Of a DNA stretch of 61,019 nucleotides, positions 6,129 through 13,215 are shown piece after piece (position 1 is the stretch's first letter; each line of letters opens with the position of its first letter). The position numbers and the translations under genes are program-made. The notes under the pieces are model-generated. The model saw only the letters and a program-made list of their open reading frames with translations. It was not told the DNA's origin and made no database searches. Origin of the DNA: a virus. The DNA lies in the IMG/VR virus record IMGVR_UViG_3300027908_000027, positions 1 through 61,019 of that record; one strand, written 5' to 3'.

Positions 6129-6563
6129 ATGAATAGGAAAATTAATTCTTTTACCGCTCACCAACGTGAGAGCTGGCTACAGGACTGCGTAGCCATGTTC
6201 CGCGATGCTGTGCTCACGAGGCGCGCTGCTACTGGGCAGCCAACGCCTGCCTGCATCGCGCAGGCTGCAATGCAATTCGGCGTCAAGGAATCGCGCGGGA
6301 AGGCACTCTTCTACAACGAGTTGCTAACCATCCGCCGCGAAGCATGGATGTCAATGAAGCTGGCCGCACTCCGTGAGTGCGATGCCAGCGTGCGATTGCT
6401 GCAGGAACGGCTTGAAGCCAGACGCATGCAGCGCCGCCAATACGAACTGGAACTCCGGGGGAATACAGAATGTGGGTCTGGCGAAAGTACTGGGCCGATT
6501 ACTGCGCATGGCGGCTCAAACGGCACCTGGATGCATCTGACAGGTGGGAACTCAGACTACTAG
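6129..6563 (+). CDS. Hypothetical early protein (144 aa)
   Basis: Track ORF; first gene after the terminator-containing gap; no motif recognised. Confidence 0.65.
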   Translation: MNRKINSFTAHQRESWLQDCVAMFRDAVLTRRAATGQPTPACIAQAAMQFGVKESRGKALFYNELLTIRREAWMSMKLAALRECDASVRLLQERLEARRMQRRQYELELRGNTECGSGESTGPITAHGGSNGTWMHLTGGNSDY

Positions 6564-6591
6564 ACGCGCAACTGGGTCTGCGTAGGGCTGT

Positions 6592-6855
6592 TTGGCGGGG
6601 GGCAACGAAGTGAGCGACATAGGCCACAACAAGAGCGTCGCAGACGACATTCGCGAGCGTGTAATCCGGCTAGAAACATCCAAGCGCGAAATGGCAGCGG
6701 ACATCAGAGAGATCCTGAATGTAGAGGCGCCATCACGCGATCTGACGCCCATTCAGATAGCGGGCATTCGGCTCAGTGTGCGCCGCCACTTCCTCGAAGC
6801 CGCTAAGCTGGAGAAGCAGCAGGCTGTTCTGCAGTACGCGCTGTCGTTCGAATGA
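6592..6855 (+). CDS. GapR/DUF2312-like small DNA-binding protein
   Basis: DDIRERVIRLETSKREMAADIREI...RLSVRR...EKQQAVLQYALSF follows the spacing of alphaproteobacterial GapR (..IIDRVERLEVEKAEI..IKEV...RIRK...EEDAILDLYLSAIG). Confidence 0.5.
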   Translation: MAGGNEVSDIGHNKSVADDIRERVIRLETSKREMAADIREILNVEAPSRDLTPIQIAGIRLSVRRHFLEAAKLEKQQAVLQYALSFE

Positions 6856-7235
6856 CCGAGACGTTCGGGAAACGGTTGCGGCGTCTAAGGCAGGCAAATC
6901 GCTTTACTACTCGCGATATGGCGCAGTTTAGTGGCGTTACCCACGCGTCCATTGTTCGCATTGAGAACGGCGAACATAAGCCGCGGTGCGATTCTCTTCC
7001 ACCGATGGCCGAGGCGCTGGGCGTGTCGATCGATTACCTATTGACCGGACGCGATGCAGACGCGGCGCTGTGGCGCGCAATCGGGACCCAGGCGCCGCAA
7101 AGCGCGATGGTCGCGCTTGCGCCATCGCAAGCCACTGCAATGCGCAAGTGCTTGCGTTGTCAGGGGAATTTTAAGTCATCTGGATTCGGTAATCGGGTGT
7201 GTTCCGGCTGCCGAGATGTGGAGCGCTGGCGTTGA
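6852..7235 (+). CDS. XRE-family HTH regulator with C-terminal zinc ribbon
   Basis: FGKRLRRLRQANRFTTRDMAQFSGVTHASIVRIENGEHKP is an HTH_3 motif. C-terminus CLRCQ...CSGC. ATGA overlap with the upstream gene. Confidence 0.75.
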   Translation: MTETFGKRLRRLRQANRFTTRDMAQFSGVTHASIVRIENGEHKPRCDSLPPMAEALGVSIDYLLTGRDADAALWRAIGTQAPQSAMVALAPSQATAMRKCLRCQGNFKSSGFGNRVCSGCRDVERWR

Positions 7236-8131
7236 CCTGGACGCCTGAGCAGGAAGCGGAGCTTTACCGCCTGGTCGCGGATGGCCTGACGCAGACCGCG
7301 ATTGGCCAGAAGATCGGACGATCGCTCAATGCTATCAATAAGAAACTGCGCCGAACCGGCGTTGACACCACCCGCTTAACATGCCGCAACGGTCATCCCT
7401 ATCCCGAAGGCAAGCGCCACTGCTTAGTTTGTCGGCGCGCACAGTGGACACGCTGGCGGCTGTCGCTCACAGATGAGCAACGCACAGCGAGAAACGCTGC
7501 TAGGCGGCAGATTATCCCCAAGGCGCTTCCTGCTCCTAAGCAGACCAAACCAACGTGGATCACGGAGGAGAATGTAACCAAGGCACGCCAGCTTTGGGAC
7601 GAAGGCTGGAGCGATGCGCGTATTGCAGAGGAAATCGGCTGCACTGTCCTGGCGATCTACGGCTACCGGCGCAAGCGCAAATGGCCTCTGCGTGAGGTTC
7701 GCGGGCCGTCCGCCAAGCCTGCTCTCGGCTACAGCCCAGAGCAGGCTGCCAAGATTCGTGAGTTGTGGGAAGCGAAGGTTGATATTGGCTTCATTAGCCA
7801 AACCGTAAACGCAATCGGCCCGGCACAACTCACGATTAAGCAGCTCCGGCACGTAGCGCGGCGCTTCGGACTAAAGCGTCCCTCATTGCGCGGCAACAAG
7901 ATGGGGCTGCGCACGCCTCGGGCGCATACCCCAAAGCCGCCGCGCCTTAAGTCAGCGCCCATCCCCATCCCATTGCGCGAAGTCTACCAGCGCGCGGCGC
8001 AGCTTGAACTGCCCCGCACCAAGCGCGGCGATATTTACGCGCTCAACAATGCGATGAAGCGTGCGCAGCCGGGGCATCCTGGCTTTGTGCTGAATGATTA
8101 CCAGCCAACGAGGCTCACATGGGCGAGTTAA
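7199..8131 (+). CDS. Protein with three GcrA-N-terminal-like HTH repeats (possible replication/regulatory protein)
   Basis: WTPEQEAELYRLVADGLTQTAIGQKIGRS, WITEENVTKARQLWDEGWSDARIAEEIGCT and YSPEQAAKIRELWEAKVDIGFIS each resemble the GcrA N-terminus (sWTdE..lk.LW.eGlSasqIA.qLG). The true start may be TTG 7232, which overlaps the upstream TGA. Confidence 0.6.
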   Translation: MFRLPRCGALALTWTPEQEAELYRLVADGLTQTAIGQKIGRSLNAINKKLRRTGVDTTRLTCRNGHPYPEGKRHCLVCRRAQWTRWRLSLTDEQRTARNAARRQIIPKALPAPKQTKPTWITEENVTKARQLWDEGWSDARIAEEIGCTVLAIYGYRRKRKWPLREVRGPSAKPALGYSPEQAAKIRELWEAKVDIGFISQTVNAIGPAQLTIKQLRHVARRFGLKRPSLRGNKMGLRTPRAHTPKPPRLKSAPIPIPLREVYQRAAQLELPRTKRGDIYALNNAMKRAQPGHPGFVLNDYQPTRLTWAS

Positions 8132-8577
8132 AGACTGGCTACTGGAATACCATCACTTGGACGCCAGAGATGATAGAGCGGCTTGTAGAAGGTCGCAGAC
8201 AGCGCGTCTCGTTCGAGAAGCTTGGCAAGGAATTCGGCATCTCTGATCGCGCCTGCAAGAACCAAATGTGCAGGATGGGACTGCCAACATCTGTCCCGCA
8301 GCCAGATGCGGCTACGCTCCCCCAAATACATGAGCCGCTGCAGCGCACGGACGAACTGGCATTACTCATGCGACAGGCGACGCTTCCGCTCCCGATGCCA
8401 GCGCCCAGTGCCGCGCCGTCACAATGCCAATGGGCGCTTAATGATTCCAGGCCGTGGCAGTTCTGCTATTTACCCACTATACGGCGACGTAGGGCGGATG
8501 GCACGGAGGAACGCACCGCTTGGTGTAGCGAGCATTACAAGCGCGTTTATCAGCCACGTTTCCCGGTGGCCGCATGA
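8119..8577 (+). CDS. GcrA-like cell-cycle regulator homologue
   Basis: N-terminus WTPEMIERLVEGRRQRVSFEKLGKEFGISDRACKNQMCRMGL plus C-terminus CQWALNDSRPWQFC...WCSEHYKRVYQP (GcrA pattern C.WP.g....F.FC....YC..H....YQP). Confidence 0.7.
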   Translation: MGELKTGYWNTITWTPEMIERLVEGRRQRVSFEKLGKEFGISDRACKNQMCRMGLPTSVPQPDAATLPQIHEPLQRTDELALLMRQATLPLPMPAPSAAPSQCQWALNDSRPWQFCYLPTIRRRRADGTEERTAWCSEHYKRVYQPRFPVAA

Positions 8578-8792
8578 CTATTATAGCCGGCCACAACTTT
8601 ACCGATACGGCGGCTGGCCGCGTGTGCCTCGGCTGCGGCAAGCGCTGGACGGACATCACGTTCGCTACACGCGCCAACATTGGCGAGTTGGATATAGCGC
8701 ACACAGGCGCGCTCAATGAGCAAGAGGCAGACGAGATAACCGCTGAGCGCGATCGGATCTGGGAAGCGGTTTCGAAAGTCGCTGCTGGATGA
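8574..8792 (+). CDS. Hypothetical protein (72 aa)
   Basis: Track ORF with ATGA overlaps at both ends; contains CLGC. Confidence 0.55.
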   Translation: MTIIAGHNFTDTAAGRVCLGCGKRWTDITFATRANIGELDIAHTGALNEQEADEITAERDRIWEAVSKVAAG

Positions 8793-9322
8793 CCCTCCAA
8801 CGCAAGCCCGAATGGAGCCTGCAGGCGTGGTTGGATAAGTTCCTCCACGCCGTTGTGCTTGAACCGCGCGAAATCCGCGGCATCGATCAATCTGGCGCAC
8901 ACCAAGCGAACGACAACGCACGGCTTATGGCCATTGCGCGGGGCTGCCGTCCGGGTACCGCTGACGTTTTGGTATGCCAAGGCTCTCCCACGCGCGTCCT
9001 ATGGATCGAATGCAAGCGCCCGGACGGGCAGGGACACGCATCGCCAGCGCAAACGGCCGCAGCGGACGCCTACGCGGCGTGTGGCATTCCGACCGTTCGT
9101 GAGTGCGTCTCCATCGCGCAGGCGCTGGACGGGCTGCGCAGCGCAGGCATTCGCGTGTCGGACAATGCGGATGTGGTGGCGCGGGTTTACGCGGAACACG
9201 TGGCGGCAAGTGAGCGGGAGCGGGCGGCGGGTGTGGCGAAGCGCAAGGTAGCGGCGCCACGGGCCATGCGTGCAAGCGCTGCGCAGATTAAGCGTGGGCA
9301 TAAGGTGCGGCTTTGGGGATGA
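8789..9322 (+). CDS. VRR-NUC domain nuclease
   Basis: ARGCRPGTADVLVCQGSPTRVLWIECKRPDGQGHASPAQ matches the VRR-NUC core (G.pD....-EvK-....Q). Confidence 0.65.
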   Translation: MTLQRKPEWSLQAWLDKFLHAVVLEPREIRGIDQSGAHQANDNARLMAIARGCRPGTADVLVCQGSPTRVLWIECKRPDGQGHASPAQTAAADAYAACGIPTVRECVSIAQALDGLRSAGIRVSDNADVVARVYAEHVAASERERAAGVAKRKVAAPRAMRASAAQIKRGHKVRLWG

Positions 9323-9507
9323 CCAACCACACCGGCAAAATGCGCAAAGACGTTGACGGCGTAATCCGCGGTGAGCTGCGTGACAAGTTTGGCTGGGGAC
9401 TGTCGTTCGTCGCCACACCCGATCCCGCTGGTGGCTACACGCTGGTTGGTGAGTTCGTGCGACCATCGTGGGACCCGGATATTCCGGGTGTGGATGTGAC
9501 GCTGTGA
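9313..9507 (+). CDS. Hypothetical protein (64 aa)
   Basis: Track ORF overlapping its neighbours in the same operon. Confidence 0.5.
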   Translation: MGMTNHTGKMRKDVDGVIRGELRDKFGWGLSFVATPDPAGGYTLVGEFVRPSWDPDIPGVDVTL

Positions 9508-9755
9508 CCCAGTTCGAACAGCAGTTCGGCGAACTCGTCATCCCACGTCTGCATAACCTAGTGCGCGCTGAGGCTGTGTGTGTCGCACATCAGGTCGAAA
9601 GCTATTCTGGCGCCTGGGATGTGGTCATGCATCACGCGCGCCTATTAGGCGCTCTGCACCTTCCCGAAGACGGCTTCGATGCTTTGGAGGACTGGATTTC
9701 TACCACGCTTCTTAACGAGATCGTAGAAGCGGAACGGGTACGTGCCGAGAGATGA
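9504..9755 (+). CDS. Hypothetical protein (83 aa)
   Basis: GTG (Val13 of track ORF 9468..9755) overlaps the upstream TGA (GTGA). Confidence 0.5.
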   Translation: MTQFEQQFGELVIPRLHNLVRAEAVCVAHQVESYSGAWDVVMHHARLLGALHLPEDGFDALEDWISTTLLNEIVEAERVRAER

Positions 9756-10851
9756 CCCAGGCAATCCGTGGAACAAATACAGCAAATCCAGCGGCAATGC
9801 GCAGGACGTGCCGCCACCTTCGCGCATACTCACTGGCGCCGCCTTCATGGCAACATTCACGCCACCAGATTACATTATCGACGGGCTGGTGCAGCGAACC
9901 AGGATCTACGCCTGCACATCAAAAACCGGCCACGGCAAGACGGCGGTTTGGCTCTATCTCGGATGCATGGTGCAGAACGGCCGGTACATCGGCCAGCTTG
10001 AAACCACACAGGGGGATGTAATCTTTCTAGCAGGCGAAAACCCAGACGACCTGTGCGGCCGCATGCATGCGGCCTGTAAGGAGTATGGCTTGTCCGCCGC
10101 GCAGATGCCTCATGTGTTACCACGCAACTTCCCGCTAACCCCGGAAGCGACAGAAGAACTCGCATCAGAGATCGATGCGCTCGGGCTTAACCCAGTTCTC
10201 ATCATTGGCGACACGGTAGCCGCGTTCTTTCCTGGCGATGATGAGAACAACAACGTTCAGATGGGTGAATTCGGTCGCACCCAGCGCATTCTGACGCGCT
10301 GCAAAGGCAATCCGGCCGTTGTGTTCTTATCCCACCCCGTCAAAAACGCAGATCGTGAAAACCTGGTCCCACGTGGCGGCGGCTCGTTCCTCAACGAGCT
10401 GGATGGCAACCTGACGCTGTGGTCGGATGCCATGGGCGAGTCCACCACGATGCATTGGCAAGGCAAGCTGCGTGGAGCTGACTTCGATCCTATCCCATTC
10501 ATCCTGCGTCCTGTCCGCGTACCAACGCTCACGGACGCCAAGAAGCGCCCGCTGGTATCAGTGGTGGCTGAGATCCAGTCGCCGGAGGGCGCCGCCAACC
10601 ATGCCAAGCAGGCGCTTAGCGACGAGGATGCGGTGCTGTTCTGGCTGAAGGCGCGACCGGGCGCCTCGTTGGCAGACATAGCCCGCGAGACTGGGTGGAT
10701 TAACGAGCGTGGCGATCCGCTCAAGGCACGAGTGCAACGCTGCCTTGAGCGGTTGAAGGCCGACAAGCTCGTCAAGATTCACCGTCGCAAATGGGTGATT
10801 ACCGATGGCGGGAAGGCTGAATTGGGGAGGGCTAACGGCGATGCCAGTTGA
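9742..10851 (+). CDS. AAA_25/RepA-DnaB-like RecA-fold ATPase with C-terminal winged-helix (replication protein)
   Basis: YIIDGLVQRTRIYACTSKTGHGKTAVWLYL (Walker A), VLIIGDTVAAFF (Walker B-like), C-terminus LERLKADKLVKIHRRKWVIT. An iteron array follows. Confidence 0.75.
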   Translation: MPRDDPGNPWNKYSKSSGNAQDVPPPSRILTGAAFMATFTPPDYIIDGLVQRTRIYACTSKTGHGKTAVWLYLGCMVQNGRYIGQLETTQGDVIFLAGENPDDLCGRMHAACKEYGLSAAQMPHVLPRNFPLTPEATEELASEIDALGLNPVLIIGDTVAAFFPGDDENNNVQMGEFGRTQRILTRCKGNPAVVFLSHPVKNADRENLVPRGGGSFLNELDGNLTLWSDAMGESTTMHWQGKLRGADFDPIPFILRPVRVPTLTDAKKRPLVSVVAEIQSPEGAANHAKQALSDEDAVLFWLKARPGASLADIARETGWINERGDPLKARVQRCLERLKADKLVKIHRRKWVITDGGKAELGRANGDAS

Positions 10852-10853
10852 TC

Positions 10854-11170
10854 CGATACGTTTCTCGATACGTAACGATGTTTTTATGGCTATTAGCGTA
10901 GTTGTATCAATGGCTTGCAAGCCCAACACACAACGCGACCAGCGACGCAGGAATCGTTCCGTATCATCAAACGTATCGGCTGGGCACCTAGAGAAAGGCC
11001 GGGCAGCACACAAAAGCGCTACCCGTATCGATTATTCGCATGTTCCAATGAACTCGATACGAATTACCCCATTGTTACGGAGACGTGGTATGCTAACTCA
11101 TTGTAATAACACACAGTATCGCGATACGTTGCCGATACGTCTCAGCCCTAGGAGAGACCGTATCGTATCG
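10854..11170. repeat. Iteron array: about 10 copies of CGATACG/CGTATCG (candidate ori or multi-site regulator target)
   Basis: CGATACG at 10854, 10866, 11055, 11122, 11133. CGTATCG at 10972, 11024, 11159, 11164. Variant CGTATCA at 10960. 12-bp palindrome GTATCGCGATAC at 11116-11127. Confidence 0.8.
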
Positions 11171-11185
11171 GTCTCTCTACTAGGG
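11146..11185 (+). promoter_or_regulatory. 15-bp interrupted hairpin containing two iterons and occluding the SD of gene 11191
   Basis: CCCTAG-GAGAGACCG (11146-11160) pairs with CGGTCTCTC-ta-CTAGGG (11169-11185) around the loop tatcgtat. The right arm overlaps GGGAGAG upstream of ATG 11191. Confidence 0.55.
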
Positions 11186-11190
11186 AGAGT

Positions 11191-11535
11191 ATGAGAGGAC
11201 AAACGCGGATGACCGTTGAAAACAAGCCGCCTCAACGCAAGCCTGGCGGTATCACTGGCAAGGGTTTCCAGAAAGGCGTTTCCGGCAACCCAGGAGGGCG
11301 CCCAGCCGGTCAGGCTGAGTTCACCGAGCTCATGCGCGCTAACAGCCCAGAGGCTGCCAGGAAGCTCTCAGAGGCCGTAGCGGAGGGCAAGCCGTGGGCG
11401 ATTGAACTGACACTGGCCTATGCGTGGGGCAAGCCAACGCAGCGGCAGGAGCAGACCGGGGCTGATGGCGGACCTGTGGTGAGCGAGGTGGTTTACCGTT
11501 GGCAAGCGCCGGAGGAGGGGAAGGATGGCAAGTGA
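11191..11535 (+). CDS. DUF5681-like protein (first gene of the rightward late block)
   Basis: GKGFQKGVSGNPGGRPAG is the F-x-K-G-x-SGNP-x-GRP signature of DUF5681 phage proteins. Confidence 0.6.
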   Translation: MRGQTRMTVENKPPQRKPGGITGKGFQKGVSGNPGGRPAGQAEFTELMRANSPEAARKLSEAVAEGKPWAIELTLAYAWGKPTQRQEQTGADGGPVVSEVVYRWQAPEEGKDGK

Positions 11536-11698
11536 GACCAGCGGTAGCCCCATTGCTAGGGCTGTGTGTCTCTTTGGCGGCTTACTGGCGATGGTAATGG
11601 GGGCGTTTGATTGGGGCGGTTATCCGGCTGCCATGTTTGTCGCTGGCTTATGGGCCACGCTGGCCGCCACCGTTGGGGACGCAGCACATGGCACTTGA
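11525..11698 (+). CDS. Small two-TM membrane protein (57 aa, below the track cutoff)
   Basis: Hand translation MASETSGSPIARAVCLFGGLLAMVMGAFDWGGYPAAMFVAGLWATLAATVGDAAHGT. Overlaps both neighbours by 11 nt. Confidence 0.35.
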   Translation: MASETSGSPIARAVCLFGGLLAMVMGAFDWGGYPAAMFVAGLWATLAATVGDAAHGT

Positions 11699-12302
11699 CG
11701 CCGCGCCGGGCCATGCGCTACACACCTCCAACTCGTGGCCGCCTGCCCTGTGCGACCGGAGTGATGGCGCGTGCTCCTCGCCTTGGATGGTCGTTCAGAC
11801 CGAACCCGCCCGCGAATTCGAAGCGCTCTTCCGAGTCTCAACCCTTCCCCACATCCGCGCGTGGCTGGCCACTGAGGTGCGCCGCCGTGTGGCGCTCCGC
11901 AACGGACGGCCGGTGATTGAGAACGGGCATCGCAAGCGCGATGAAGCGTTGGTTCCGCTGTTTCGCGGTTACCTGTTCGTCTGCGGACCTGGATGGGGGC
12001 CATTGCTGCGTTGGAACCGTGAGATGCGCACGACGCGGCTGTTGACGGATACGGGGCTTCGGCCATTGCTCATGCCGCGTGGCGCCGTAGAGGCGCTGCA
12101 AGCCCGTGGGAGGGCTGGTGACGGAGCAATCGACCTGGAGGCGCCTGCGTTCGGTCCTGTGGCTGTAGGCGCCTGTGTGCGCGTTGGTGGCCCGTTCGGG
12201 GATATTGAGGGGCTGGTGCGTTGGACGGATCAGCAGCGTGTGGAGGTTATGATGGGCATGCTGCGGGTGACGGTGGATCGCGCGATGGTTGAGGTGGTGT
12301 GA
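11688..12302 (+). CDS. NusG/RfaH-like transcription antitermination factor (NGN + KOW)
   Basis: WMVVQTEPAREFEA (compare WYvvqT.p..E), PLFRGYLFV (compare PLFPGYlFV), KOW-like GACVRVGGPFGDIEGLVRW...VEVMMGMLRVTV. The start is uncertain within track ORF 11607..12302. Confidence 0.65.
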   Translation: MALDAAPGHALHTSNSWPPALCDRSDGACSSPWMVVQTEPAREFEALFRVSTLPHIRAWLATEVRRRVALRNGRPVIENGHRKRDEALVPLFRGYLFVCGPGWGPLLRWNREMRTTRLLTDTGLRPLLMPRGAVEALQARGRAGDGAIDLEAPAFGPVAVGACVRVGGPFGDIEGLVRWTDQQRVEVMMGMLRVTVDRAMVEVV

Positions 12303-12518
12303 TGGCACTGTGTATCCCCCGATGGCTTTAAGCCCACTTACGAGGACTTATACGAGTTGGCTCTGACCGTGGGCGCCGACCTGTGGGTGACTAAACCTGC
12401 TAATGATGCGGCGCGCATTGAGGCGCTGCGGTTTTACCTACGTTCCAACAGGTATTGGGCGCGCAACGTGCTTGAGGGGAAGCGCTGGACAGATCCCCGC
12501 GAGGACGAGGTGGTGTGA
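12302..12518 (+). pseudogene. Small gene whose coupled ATG frame closes after 9 codons and continues in the +1 frame at a C5 run (frameshift, sequencing error or recoding)
   Basis: ATG 12302 lies in the context gaggtggtgTGATGg, which is identical to that of the next gene. ATG GCA CTG TGT ATC CCC CGA TGG CTT TAA closes that frame. The +1 frame from the CCCCC run (12316-12320) stays open to 12518: ...PDGFKPTYEDLYELALTVGADLWVTKPANDAARIEALRFYLRSNRYWARNVLEGKRWTDPREDEVV. Confidence 0.4.
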
Positions 12519-12985
12519 TGGGCGGTTTTTACATGCACGACACGGACTACGGCGAGCAGTGCGCGGACACGGATGGGCTGGCGTTGAAAATGGTTGTGTT
12601 GGCCGATAAAGCCGCGCGCCGTTTAGACAGCCAAGCACGCTGCTGGCATGCGTTTGACGGCGGTGTTTGCGTGAGATGCGGCGCTCAGCGCGTCACTGAC
12701 GCATCCCGCAGTAGCCAAGCCAACACGATACTCACCGAGCGCCTGCTGGCGACGGAAGCCAAGCTGGCCGCCGCCATGATCGACATGGGCGCGCTGCAGT
12801 CGCGTGTTGTCACGGCCGAGCAGGCAACGCGGGACATCATGGTCGAGACGCAGCGGTTGTCGGACCTGTGCATCAGTCAGGCGGCAGAGCTGGCACAACG
12901 TCCGCAGTTGCCGGCGCCAGAGGTTACAGAACCCCGCGGTAATCCGTTTGCGTATGGGTGGGCTACGAACTGGAGAATGCGGTAA
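12518..12985 (+). CDS. Hypothetical coiled-coil protein (155 aa)
   Basis: Track ORF 12515..12985. ATG 12518 overlaps the upstream TGA (TGATG). Central heptad-like region TERLLATEAKLAAAMIDMGALQSRVVTAEQ. Confidence 0.6.
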   Translation: MGGFYMHDTDYGEQCADTDGLALKMVVLADKAARRLDSQARCWHAFDGGVCVRCGAQRVTDASRSSQANTILTERLLATEAKLAAAMIDMGALQSRVVTAEQATRDIMVETQRLSDLCISQAAELAQRPQLPAPEVTEPRGNPFAYGWATNWRMR

Positions 12986-13215
12986 TGGCAGATGATGTAA
13001 CGGAGATCCGCGATAAGGAGTTCGTTCTTATCACCAACTGTAAGCGCATCCAAATCATTGATTGCGAGATGGTTGAGATACACACGAGCGATAACGTGGT
13101 GGTGTGCGATAGTAGCGACGTGCGCGTGCGGCGTTCTTTCATCGTAGAAATACGCGAGTGCATGACTGACCCACGCGAACCGCAGGAACCGTTATCGGGC
13201 ATCGGATACGAATAA
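12985..13215 (+). CDS. Hypothetical protein (76 aa) in a lower-GC patch
   Basis: Met10 of track ORF 12958..13215 (MADDVTEIRDKEF...). TAATG overlap with the upstream stop. Confidence 0.5.
   Translation: MADDVTEIRDKEFVLITNCKRIQIIDCEMVEIHTSDNVVVCDSSDVRVRRSFIVEIRECMTDPREPQEPLSGIGYE

Noticed and set aside
5842-6132. 96-codon Cys-rich frame (MLRRCPCGFREFLCDCLC...) spanning the 5850-6128 gap and coupled at both ends
   Set aside because: Third-position GC is about 52%, versus about 70% in confirmed genes. The frame contains three hairpins, including a terminator-like 11-bp GC stem followed by a T-tract. It is more likely a structured non-coding region.
10854-11170. Could the repeat array be a CRISPR array or a tandem repeat?
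   Set aside because: The repeats are only 7-10 bp, occur in both orientations, and have irregular spacing of 5-180 bp. No cas genes are present. This is the geometry of iterons or operators, not CRISPR.
10841-11194. 117-codon plus-strand frame open across the whole iteron gap, overlapping the upstream gene by 11 nt and ending in ATGA with gene 11191
   Set aside because: The open frame is striking, and origins can lie inside genes (lambda O). However, the predicted protein is Arg/Ser-rich and low in complexity. It uses many codons that are rare elsewhere in this genome (ATA x5, GTA x6, CTA x4, AGA/AGG, TTA), and these arise directly from the CGATACG motif in both orientations. I treated it as non-coding, though this needs Ribo-seq or conservation data.
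11540-11547. ops-like octamer AGCGGTAG (also at 13423-13430) as a recruitment site for the NusG-like protein
   Set aside because: An 8-mer is expected about once per strand in 61 kb. The match to E. coli ops is 7/8 and lacks the downstream T-G. A perfect GGCGGTAG also occurs at 60079-60086 on the plus strand of a region transcribed leftward, so it is not on the non-template strand there. It is mentioned only as a weak hint, not as a feature.
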